The notes under the pieces are model-generated. The model saw only the letters and a program-made list of their open reading frames with translations. It was not told the origin of the DNA and searched no databases. A stretch of 29,069 nucleotides of DNA from a virus. Taxonomy: Duplodnaviria > Caudoviricetes. The translations under genes and the position numbers were made by a program. The stretch lies in the IMG/VR virus record IMGVR_UViG_3300049925_000149, positions 1 through 29,069 of that record, one strand, 5' to 3'. Position 1 is the stretch's first letter. Each line of letters begins with the position of its first letter. Positions 9,368 to 17,211 of this stretch are shown here, piece after piece.

Positions 9368-10622
9368 TCATAAAGCTGATTAACTTTCTCAGTTTCATTT
9401 CTTGCATTTGTTTTTTACGCAGTCTGCTTCTAGCTTCATTACTAATCCACTCTTCTTCGCTTGTTTCAAGTATTTCTAAAATCTCATCACTAAGATTTTT
9501 TCTTTTTAAAACAGTAAATCTAACATTAGCATCTGCATCTTTTGCAAATTTCTTTATAAGTTCATAGCTAATATTATCGCGTCCCGCAATAGCTCCTCGG
9601 ACAATTGCACTTGGATCTTCTATAAGTGTTTGAATAATTTCATCACTTGTATTTTCGTTTTTTGCAACTGCCGCTCGAGGGGGCCACTTTACATCTTTTG
9701 AAAGTATTTCCAAAATCTCATTATCTACACTTTTAAGTGCAATTTTAAATTTAATAGAATCTTCACCTGATAATGCGAGATGTTTGACAAATTCCTTTTT
9801 AAGTTCTCCACTATTTAAAAGTTGTTCTGCACTTAAAGTATCAATTTTATTTAATATTTTTTTGCCTTCTTCAAAAGATGCATTATTTAATATTTTTTGA
9901 ACAATTTTTAGATCAATTTTTTTGCCTATCTTCAAACTTTGTAATCTTGTTGGGTCAGCATATGTTCCGCCTTGAGCCGCACGAGCTCTTGAGTGCCGAA
10001 TCTCTTCAGGCTTCCAATCAATCCAAATGCCCCACTTGGCGTCTTTTAATTTCGCATAACCTATTGGAGTAACAATGTTTGGATCATAGATGACAACAAC
10101 TGGCCCATCACCACCTCCAAAAAAGACGATTCCATTGACAGCACCAGCAAGGTATTTAGAAACTTTGGAAGCTACTTCACTTGATCTTTCATCTCTAGCT
10201 GGTGGTTTCGATAGTACATTTTTTATTTCATCAGTCAGTCGTTGAATAACATCTTTTTTACCTAAACGCTCCAGTTGCTCCAGGGGTGTGATAACTGATC
10301 CATAGACTTTTTGGCAAACTGCTGCATCAAAGATGATGAAGCCATACAAATTGACCTTGAACTTGTAAATCCAATTGCCATATATTCCACCAAATGTTGA
10401 ATGATCTGTTTGCATCCAGACTGTATAGAGTCCATGACCATAAGATGATCCACTACCCTTGTCAACTTTCCACCCAACTTTTCCACTTTCGTCTTCAAAG
10501 ACTTTAAGAAATTCTTCAGGCGGTTGGTGGGAGCCGTGGTAGACAGTTGCAAGCGTTCCATAAACTTCTTCTTTAAGAAGTTGGCTGACACTTTGACGAA
10601 GTTGAGATTCAGTTATTTTCAT
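9360..10622 (-). CDS. ADP-ribosyltransferase (PARP-like) domain + about 5 HEAT/LRV repeats, array copy E (420 aa)
   Basis: [39 protein letters not shown]; ~26-aa repeats; C-terminal [15 protein letters not shown]; 8-nt convergent overlap with gmd. Confidence 0.8.
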   Translation of the reverse strand: MKITESQLRQSVSQLLKEEVYGTLATVYHGSHQPPEEFLKVFEDESGKVGWKVDKGSGSSYGHGLYTVWMQTDHSTFGGIYGNWIYKFKVNLYGFIIFDAAVCQKVYGSVITPLEQLERLGKKDVIQRLTDEIKNVLSKPPARDERSSEVASKVSKYLAGAVNGIVFFGGGDGPVVVIYDPNIVTPIGYAKLKDAKWGIWIDWKPEEIRHSRARAAQGGTYADPTRLQSLKIGKKIDLKIVQKILNNASFEEGKKILNKIDTLSAEQLLNSGELKKEFVKHLALSGEDSIKFKIALKSVDNEILEILSKDVKWPPRAAVAKNENTSDEIIQTLIEDPSAIVRGAIAGRDNISYELIKKFAKDADANVRFTVLKRKNLSDEILEILETSEEEWISNEARSRLRKKQMQEMKLRKLISFMIT

Positions 10623-10634
10623 AGTGATAAATAT
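10623..10634 (-). promoter_or_regulatory. Conserved upstream motif ATATTTATCACT directly before ATG (candidate phage late promoter)
   Basis: Same motif precedes all five array genes; no SD. Confidence 0.6.
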
Positions 10635-10643
10635 CTTAGATAA

Positions 10644-12050
10644 TTAAGATATGATCAAGCTGATTAACTTTCTTAGTTTCGTTTCTTTCACATTACGATT
10701 AGCTAAGCGTCTTTTTGCTTCATCTCTAATTTTTGGTGATACATTATATGTAAGAATTTTTAAAGTATCATCATCTGCATTTTTATGAAATACAATGTAT
10801 GACTTTAAAAGTTGATTTCCTTCATGAACAAAAGACTGTAAAATATCACTTGGCGTTTTTGGATTCATTGCAATTGATAAATTGATTTTAGAATTTTTTT
10901 CATTTGCAAGTTGTCTTAAAGTTTCTTCACTTATGTTTTTATGTCTTGCGACCATTTCTTTAATTGCTACTCGCTTGTCTTTTGCAAGAATATCAAGAAT
11001 TGATTCATTTGAGTTTTTGTTTAATGCAATTTCATATCTAACATCAAGTGATTTATCTTTTGTTAGAAATTCTAAAAGATCCATAGGTGTATTTATATTA
11101 GCTGCGACTGAGCTTTTAACATAAGCATCTTTATCTGTTGCAAGAATTTTTAAAACATCTGGAGGTGTTTTCAGATTTCTTGCAACTGCTTTTCTAATGT
11201 CAGGTGAATCATCTTTTGAAAGATGCTTCAAAAGATCTGGTGACATTCTGCTATCTATAATAACTTTTGTTTTTTTATAAATGTCAAGTTTATTTAAATT
11301 TTTTAAAAACTTTTGAGGGTCTCGAAATTTAAACAGCCCATCTACATTAAATATTTTTTGATCATCTTGCAATCTTGTTGGATCAGCGTATGTTCCACCC
11401 TGGGCAGCTCTGGCTCTTGAATGACTAATCTCTTCAGGATTCCACTTCTTCCAAACATTCATTTTGGCATTTTCTAGCTTAGCATAAGCCATTGGCGTGA
11501 CAATGTTTGGATCATAGACGAGGACAACTGGCCCATCGGCTTCTCCAAAAAATACAATCCCATTGACAGCACCAGCTAGTAATTTAGAAGCATTTAGCGC
11601 CTGAAAACCTGAACGCACTTTTTCAACTGGAGTTTTTGACAGCAACTCCTTTTGCTTTTCATCAAAATCATTTATTAAATGTTTTTTACCTAAGCGCTGC
11701 AATTGTTCAAGTGGTGAGATAATTGATCCATAGACTTTTTTACAAATTACTGCATCAAAGATGATAAAGCCATACAAATTTACTTTGAGCTTATAGATCC
11801 AGTTTCCATATCTACCTTTAAATGTTTCGTGACTTGATTGCATCCAGACGGTGTAGAGTCCATGACCGTACATTGACCCTGAACCTTCACCAGTTTTCCA
11901 CCCAACTTTTCCGCTCTCATCTTCAAAGACTTTAAGGAACTCTTCGGGTGGTTGCTTTGATCCATGATAGACTGTTGCTATGGTTCCATAAACTTCTTCT
12001 TTAAGAAGTTGGCTAACATTTTGGCGAAGTTGCATTTCAGTTATTTTCAT
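10644..12050 (-). CDS. ADP-ribosyltransferase-like domain + 7 HEAT/LRV repeats, array copy D (468 aa)
   Basis: VYHGS, GSMYGHGLYT, FFGEADGPVVLVYDP; repeats such as KTPPDVLKILATDKDAYVKSSVAANI (10704-11249 = 7 x 78 nt); C-terminal VKETKLRKLISLIIS. Confidence 0.8.
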   Translation of the reverse strand: MKITEMQLRQNVSQLLKEEVYGTIATVYHGSKQPPEEFLKVFEDESGKVGWKTGEGSGSMYGHGLYTVWMQSSHETFKGRYGNWIYKLKVNLYGFIIFDAVICKKVYGSIISPLEQLQRLGKKHLINDFDEKQKELLSKTPVEKVRSGFQALNASKLLAGAVNGIVFFGEADGPVVLVYDPNIVTPMAYAKLENAKMNVWKKWNPEEISHSRARAAQGGTYADPTRLQDDQKIFNVDGLFKFRDPQKFLKNLNKLDIYKKTKVIIDSRMSPDLLKHLSKDDSPDIRKAVARNLKTPPDVLKILATDKDAYVKSSVAANINTPMDLLEFLTKDKSLDVRYEIALNKNSNESILDILAKDKRVAIKEMVARHKNISEETLRQLANEKNSKINLSIAMNPKTPSDILQSFVHEGNQLLKSYIVFHKNADDDTLKILTYNVSPKIRDEAKRRLANRNVKETKLRKLISLIIS

Positions 12051-12062
12051 AGTGATAAATAT
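12051..12062 (-). promoter_or_regulatory. Conserved upstream motif ATATTTATCACT
   Basis: + strand agtgataaatat directly after the cat of copy D. Confidence 0.6.
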
Positions 12063-12076
12063 TTGTATGTTTTAGT

Positions 12077-13309
12077 TTATGAAATATTTTCTAAACTTGA
12101 TTCTGCTGCTGATCTAACATACCAATCTTCATCATTATAAAGCATTTTTAAAACATCTTTACTTGTATTTGGATTGTTTGCAACTTGTAATCTAACTCTT
12201 TCGCTTTTATCTTTTGCAAGTGCTTGCAAAAGATCTTTACTTGCATTTGGATGTTCTGCAATGTCTTCTTTTGTCTTTTCGCTTGTATTTTTGTTATACG
12301 CAATTGTTTGTAAAAGATTTGCATTTGCATTTGGGTTTTGTGCTATAACTTTTCCAATAAATGCAGGTTCAAGCTTAAAAAGCATTTCTAAAATATCTAC
12401 AGGTGTATTTTTATTTTGCGCAATTTCATATCTAACACCTGCTTCTTTATCATTTGCAAGCATTCGTAAAAGATTTTTTGGAGTTTTTGGGTGTGCTGCA
12501 ACTTTCATTCTAATAGTTGTGTCATTATTTATTGAACTTAGAAAGTTTCTAATATTTTTTAGATTTTTAGGATTTTCGGGATCTCTTAATTTAAGCAAAG
12601 TGGTTTCAATATTTTTTTCTAAACTTTGTAATCTTTTTGGATCAGCATATGTTCCAGCTTGAGCCGAGCGAGCCCTTGAATGTCTGATCTCATCAGGATT
12701 CCACTTATTCCAAACATCTATTTTGGCATATTCTAATTCCGCATAAGCCATTGGAGTGACGATATTTGGATCATAAATAATAACAACAGGGCCATCATTA
12801 AATCCAAAAAAGACGATACCATTGACAGCTCCAGCAAGATATTTAGAAACTTTGGCGGCGGGCCAAGCTGAAGGTGATCCTTTTATAGGCGGTTCAGATA
12901 ATTCAAGTTTTGTTATTTCATTAAGATTATTTATTAATTTTTTCTTGCCCAAACGCTCTAATTGTTCCAGTGGTGAGATAATTGATCCATAGACTTTTTC
13001 GCAAATTGCTGCATCAAAGATAATAAAACCGTACAAATTCACTTTAAACTTATAGATCCAATTGCCATATCCGCCGTCAAATGTTTCATGATCTGTTTGC
13101 ATCCAGACGGTGTAAAGTCCGTGACCATAACCTGAGCCTGCACCTTTACCAGTTTTCCATCCCACTTTTCCACTTTCATCTTCAAAGACTTTAAGAAATT
13201 CTCGAGGTGGTTGCCGTGATCCGTGATAGACAGTTGCAATGGTGCCATAAACTTCTTCATTAAGAAGCTGACGAACATTTTGCCGAAGTTGAGATTCAGT
13301 TATTTTCAT
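12077..13309 (-). CDS. ADP-ribosyltransferase-like domain + about 5 LRV repeats, array copy C (410 aa)
   Basis: VYHGS, GSGYGHGLYT, FFGFNDGPVVIIYDP; repeats of NPNTS.DVL..L..D....VR type; no C-terminal KLRKLI tail. Confidence 0.8.
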   Translation of the reverse strand: MKITESQLRQNVRQLLNEEVYGTIATVYHGSRQPPREFLKVFEDESGKVGWKTGKGAGSGYGHGLYTVWMQTDHETFDGGYGNWIYKFKVNLYGFIIFDAAICEKVYGSIISPLEQLERLGKKKLINNLNEITKLELSEPPIKGSPSAWPAAKVSKYLAGAVNGIVFFGFNDGPVVIIYDPNIVTPMAYAELEYAKIDVWNKWNPDEIRHSRARSAQAGTYADPKRLQSLEKNIETTLLKLRDPENPKNLKNIRNFLSSINNDTTIRMKVAAHPKTPKNLLRMLANDKEAGVRYEIAQNKNTPVDILEMLFKLEPAFIGKVIAQNPNANANLLQTIAYNKNTSEKTKEDIAEHPNASKDLLQALAKDKSERVRLQVANNPNTSKDVLKMLYNDEDWYVRSAAESSLENIS

Positions 13310-13321
13310 AGTGATAAATAT
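13310..13321 (-). promoter_or_regulatory. Conserved upstream motif ATATTTATCACT
   Basis: + strand agtgataaatat directly after the cat of copy C. Confidence 0.6.
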
Positions 13322-13330
13322 CTTAACAGA

Positions 13331-14995
13331 TCAAGATATCATCATCATGATCAAATTTCTCAGCTTCATTTCATCAAGTTTATTTGCTGCTCTACTTTGT
13401 AGAAGTTCTTTAGCCTTGTTTTTAATTGTAGGATTTTTGTCTTTTGCAAGAATCTTTAAAACTTCATCACTTAAATTTTCTCTTGTTAAAATCGAATACC
13501 TAACATTAGAAATTTTGTCATTTGCTAGCTTTCGAACCATATCATCACTTAAACTTGCGTTTTTAGCAATATGTCCCCTGACGAGTGCTTTTGTGTCATC
13601 TACAAACTTTTGTACTAAATCAATGCTTAAATCTTGTCTTGTTGAAATATAATATCTAATCTCAGTGTTAACATCATTTGCTAGTTTCCGAATCAAATCA
13701 TCACTTAAATCTGGTCTTTTTGCGATCTGCTCTCTGACTTCTTTCTTTTTGTCACCTGCTAGCTTCCGAATCAAATCATCACTTAAATCTTTTCTATCTG
13801 CAATATTCGCTCTGACCCATTCATTTTTATCATTTGCAAACTTTTGTACTAAATCAATGCTTAGACCCAGATTGCTTGCAACAAATCTTCTAACATTCCA
13901 GTCAGTGTCATTTGCAAACTTCCGCATCAAATCATCACTTATATCTCGTCTTCCTGCAATTTTTCCTCTAACATGCCCGTCAGTGTCATTTGCTAACTTC
14001 CGAATCAAATCATCACTTATATCTTGTCTTCCTGCAATTTTTTCTCTAACACTCCTATCAGTGTCATTTGCTAACTTCCGAATCAAATCATCACTTAGAT
14101 TTGGTCTCATTGCAATAAACACTCTGACTATCACCTCAGTGTCATTTGCTAACTTTTGAACTAAATCAGCACTTATATCTGATCTTTGTGCAATTGATGT
14201 TTTAGATATAGTATTTAATTTATTTAGAAGCTCTATTGTTTGTTTAGAGTTGCCCGATGATATCAATTTGTCAATTTTTTTGATAATTTGGTCTGGATCG
14301 TTGTGTAAATCACTTTTTTGTAATCTTTCTGGATCAGCGTATGTTCCAGCTTGAGCTGATCGTGCTCTGGAGTGTCGGATCTCTTCAGGATTCCATTTCG
14401 TCCAAACACCACTTTTGGCATCTTTTAATTTAGCATAAGCCATTGGCGTGACAATATTTGGATCATAGACGAGGACAACCGGCCCATCATTTCCTCCAAA
14501 AAAGATAATACCATTGACAACACCAGCTAGGTAATTAGAAACTTCCCTGGCTACACTGGATGAATGCTCGTCTTTAACTGGAGCTTGTGACAGCAATGAT
14601 TTTATTCTATCAGACAGTCGTTGAATAACATCTTTTTTACCTAAACGCTCCAGTTGCTCCAGGGGTGTGATTGATGAACCATAAACCTTTCTGCAAACTG
14701 CATCATCAAAGATGATAAAGCCATTCAAGTTCACTTTGAATTTGTAGATCCAATTGCCATATCCACCGCTGAATGTTTGATGTCCAGTTTGCATCCAGAC
14801 TGTATAGAGCCCATGACCATAAGATGAACCAGCACCCTTGCTAACCTGCCACCCCACTTTTCCACTCTCATCTTCAAAGACTTTGATGAACTCTTCGGGC
14901 GGTTGCTTTGATCCATGATAGACAGTTGCAATGGTGCCATAAACTTCTTCATTAAGAAGTTGACGGATGCTTTGACGAAATGATTCTATTTTCAT
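13331..14995 (-). CDS. ADP-ribosyltransferase-like domain + 10 HEAT-like repeats, array copy B (554 aa)
   Basis: [30 protein letters not shown]; 10 repeats DLSDDLIRKLAND....VR..IA.R.; C-terminal LDEMKLRNLIMMMIS. Confidence 0.82.
   Translation of the reverse strand: MKIESFRQSIRQLLNEEVYGTIATVYHGSKQPPEEFIKVFEDESGKVGWQVSKGAGSSYGHGLYTVWMQTGHQTFSGGYGNWIYKFKVNLNGFIIFDDAVCRKVYGSSITPLEQLERLGKKDVIQRLSDRIKSLLSQAPVKDEHSSSVAREVSNYLAGVVNGIIFFGGNDGPVVLVYDPNIVTPMAYAKLKDAKSGVWTKWNPEEIRHSRARSAQAGTYADPERLQKSDLHNDPDQIIKKIDKLISSGNSKQTIELLNKLNTISKTSIAQRSDISADLVQKLANDTEVIVRVFIAMRPNLSDDLIRKLANDTDRSVREKIAGRQDISDDLIRKLANDTDGHVRGKIAGRRDISDDLMRKFANDTDWNVRRFVASNLGLSIDLVQKFANDKNEWVRANIADRKDLSDDLIRKLAGDKKKEVREQIAKRPDLSDDLIRKLANDVNTEIRYYISTRQDLSIDLVQKFVDDTKALVRGHIAKNASLSDDMVRKLANDKISNVRYSILTRENLSDEVLKILAKDKNPTIKNKAKELLQSRAANKLDEMKLRNLIMMMIS
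13400..14179 (-). repeat. 10 x 78-nt coding tandem repeat
   Basis: Core aaatca recurs at 13695, 13773, 13851, 13929, 14007, 14085, 14163; 40-nt exact duplicate 13980-14019 = 14058-14097. Confidence 0.92.
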
Positions 14996-15007
14996 GATGA
15001 TAAATAT
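14996..15007 (-). promoter_or_regulatory. Conserved upstream motif variant ATATTTATCATC
   Basis: + strand gatgataaatat directly after the cat of copy B. Confidence 0.6.
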
Positions 15008-15016
15008 CTTGACAGA

Positions 15017-17152
15017 TCAAGAAATCATCACTTGGATCAACTTTCTCAGTTTCATTTCATTAAGTTTGTTTCTGCTTTGTAGAAGTTCTTTAGCCTTCTT
15101 TTTAATTGTAGCATTTTTATCTTTTATAAGAATCTTTAAAACTTCATCACTTAAATCATTTCTAGCTACGATATTTTTTCTGATTCCTAAAATTGGATCA
15201 ACAGCTAATTTTCGAACCAAATCAGCACTTAAATCTTTTCTTCGTGCAATCTCCGATCTGACAACATTTTCTGGGGAATCTGCTAGCTTTCGAACCAAAT
15301 TAGCGCTTAAATCTTTTCTCATCGCAAGAAAGCTTAATGTTCCTGGAGAATCATCATTTGCTAATATTTGTGCAACTTCATCACTTATTGGACTTTTTAA
15401 TTGTGCAATATGTAATCTAACGAGCCCGTCAGCGTCATTTGCTAGCTTTCGAATCACATCATCACTTAAATCATTTCTATATGCAATCATTCGTCTAATT
15501 GTTGGGGATGAGTTATCTGCTAACTTCCGCACAAAATCATCTCTTAAATTATCTTTTAAGAGAATATATTGGCTGACACTCCCGTCAGTATCATTTGCTA
15601 ACTTCCACATCAAATCATCACTTAAATCTGATCTATGCGCAATATTCTTTCTGACTTGAGGGTTAGTATCATCTGCTAATATTTGAACCACATCAGCACT
15701 TAAATTTTGATTTCCTGAAATCAAAAATCTGATGTTAGGGTTAGTATCATTTGCTAATATTTGTGTAACTTTATCATTTAAATCTTTTCTATATGCAATT
15801 ACTTCTCTGACTGTTTCATCTGGATCATTTGCAAACTTCTGAATCAAATCATCACTTATATCTCGTCTTTGTGCAATATATTTTCTGACTTGAGGTTTAG
15901 TATCATTTGCTAACTTCTGAATCAAATCATCACTTAAATTTGTTTTACTTGCAATATTCGCTCTGATCCATTCATTTTTATCATCTGCTAATATTTGAAC
16001 CACATCAGCACTTAAATCATTTCTTTCTGCAACACGCAATCTGACTTCTTTATTTGAGTCATTTGCAAACTTTCGCATCAAATCATCACTTATATCTCGT
16101 CTTTCTGCAATTTTTTGTCTAACACGCCAGTCAGTGTCATTTGCAAACTTCTGAATCAAATCATCACTTAAATCTCGTCTTCGTGAAACATACAATCTGA
16201 CTTCTTTGTCTGGATCATTTGCAAACTTCTGAATCAAATCAGCACTTAAATTTGGTCTGTTTGCAATATGCATTTTGACACTTTGATATTTAACTTTCAT
16301 AAGCAATTTTAAAACGTCATCATTTACACTATCAGAATATGCAATCTTAGATAAGAAATATTCATCAAATTTATTTATAATCTCTGTGGCTTGTTCAATG
16401 GCACCCGATGATATTAATTTATTAAGTCTTTTTACAATTTTATCGTGATCCGTCTCAAATGTAGTTTTTTGTAATCTTTCTGGATCAGCAATAGTTCCAC
16501 CTTGAGCAGCTCTGACTCTGGAGTGTCGGATCTCATCAGGATTCCATCTCGTCCAAACACCACTTTTGGCATCTTTTAATTTCGCATAACCTATTGGAGT
16601 AACAATGTTTGGATCATAGATGACAACAACTGGCCCATCATTTCCTCCAAAAAAGACAACACCATTGACACTACCAGCTAGGTATTTAGAAACTTCAGCG
16701 GCGGCCCTGGATGAATGCTCGTCTCTAACTGGAGGTTCTGATAGTGATTCTTTTATTCTATCAGGCAGTCGTTGAATAAAATCTTTTTTACCTAATCGCT
16801 TCAGTTGCTCCAGAGGTGTGATTGATGAACCATAGACTTTTTTGCAAACGGCTTCATCAAAGATGATGAAGCCATATAAATTCACTTTGAACTTATAGAT
16901 CCAATTACCATATCCACCCACAAATGTCTGGTGCCCAGTTTGCATCCAGACGGTGTAAAGTCCATGACCATACATTGAGCCAGCACCTTTACCAGTTTTC
17001 CACCCAACTTTTCCACTTTCATCTTCAAAGACTTTGAGAAACTCTTGGGGCGTTTGGCTGGAGCCATGGTAGACAGTTGCAATTGTTCCGTAAACCTCTT
17101 CATTAAGAAGCTGACGAATGTTTTGACGAAGTTGTGATTCAGTTATTTTCAT
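15017..17152 (-). CDS. ADP-ribosyltransferase-like domain + 16 HEAT-like repeats, array copy A (711 aa)
   Basis: [30 protein letters not shown]; 16 repeats of 26 aa (one of 27); C-terminal [15 protein letters not shown]. Confidence 0.82.
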   Translation of the reverse strand: MKITESQLRQNIRQLLNEEVYGTIATVYHGSSQTPQEFLKVFEDESGKVGWKTGKGAGSMYGHGLYTVWMQTGHQTFVGGYGNWIYKFKVNLYGFIIFDEAVCKKVYGSSITPLEQLKRLGKKDFIQRLPDRIKESLSEPPVRDEHSSRAAAEVSKYLAGSVNGVVFFGGNDGPVVVIYDPNIVTPIGYAKLKDAKSGVWTRWNPDEIRHSRVRAAQGGTIADPERLQKTTFETDHDKIVKRLNKLISSGAIEQATEIINKFDEYFLSKIAYSDSVNDDVLKLLMKVKYQSVKMHIANRPNLSADLIQKFANDPDKEVRLYVSRRRDLSDDLIQKFANDTDWRVRQKIAERRDISDDLMRKFANDSNKEVRLRVAERNDLSADVVQILADDKNEWIRANIASKTNLSDDLIQKLANDTKPQVRKYIAQRRDISDDLIQKFANDPDETVREVIAYRKDLNDKVTQILANDTNPNIRFLISGNQNLSADVVQILADDTNPQVRKNIAHRSDLSDDLMWKLANDTDGSVSQYILLKDNLRDDFVRKLADNSSPTIRRMIAYRNDLSDDVIRKLANDADGLVRLHIAQLKSPISDEVAQILANDDSPGTLSFLAMRKDLSANLVRKLADSPENVVRSEIARRKDLSADLVRKLAVDPILGIRKNIVARNDLSDEVLKILIKDKNATIKKKAKELLQSRNKLNEMKLRKLIQVMIS
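15080..16330 (-). repeat. 16 x 78-nt coding tandem repeat
   Basis: 1251 nt = 16 x 78 + 3; recurring atcatcactta / atcagcactta core and tcatttgc. Confidence 0.92.
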
Positions 17153-17164
17153 AGTGATAAATAT
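17153..17164 (-). promoter_or_regulatory. Conserved upstream motif ATATTTATCACT
   Basis: + strand agtgataaatat directly after the cat of copy A. Confidence 0.6.
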
Positions 17165-17165
17165 T

Positions 17166-17194
17166 TTGCAAAATAGAATGTCATATGGTATAAT
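17166..17194 (+). promoter_or_regulatory. Sigma70-type promoter with extended -10
   Basis: TTGCAA (17166-71), 17-nt spacer, TATAAT (17189-94) preceded by TGn; SD GAGGT at 17200-04 before ATG 17212. Confidence 0.8.
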
Positions 17195-17211
17195 AAAATG
17201 AGGTAAAAAAA

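Larger units (their letters stand above)
9360..17152 (-). repeat. Tandem array of five paralogous genes (conserved ~690-nt 5' part, variable repeat-coding 3' part)
   Basis: Five head-to-tail ORFs with highly similar first ~228 aa and 21-26 nt spacers sharing a motif. Confidence 0.95.

Noticed and set aside
9878-15659. Plus-strand ORFs over the array (9878, 10882, 12148, 12174, 13311, 13665, 14994)
   Set aside because: Antisense shadows of repeat-coding genes with S/F/L-rich composition; two start inside the conserved motif only because it contains GTG/ATG
13400-16330. 78-nt periodic repeat with variable interval as a CRISPR array (Cas4-like gene nearby)
   Set aside because: Period is exactly 26 codons inside long ORFs, the constant part is degenerate, and the variable parts are homologous to each other
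10262-17103. Out-of-frame minus-strand ORF recurring in all five copies (10262, 11780, 13039, 14731, 16882)
   Set aside because: Expected from DNA-level paralogy; starts and stops differ among copies and no RBS is evident
9360-17152. Diversity-generating retroelement or shufflon as the source of variation
   Set aside because: No reverse transcriptase or recombinase in the window, no template/variable pair with adenine-specific differences noticed, and all copies are in the same orientation
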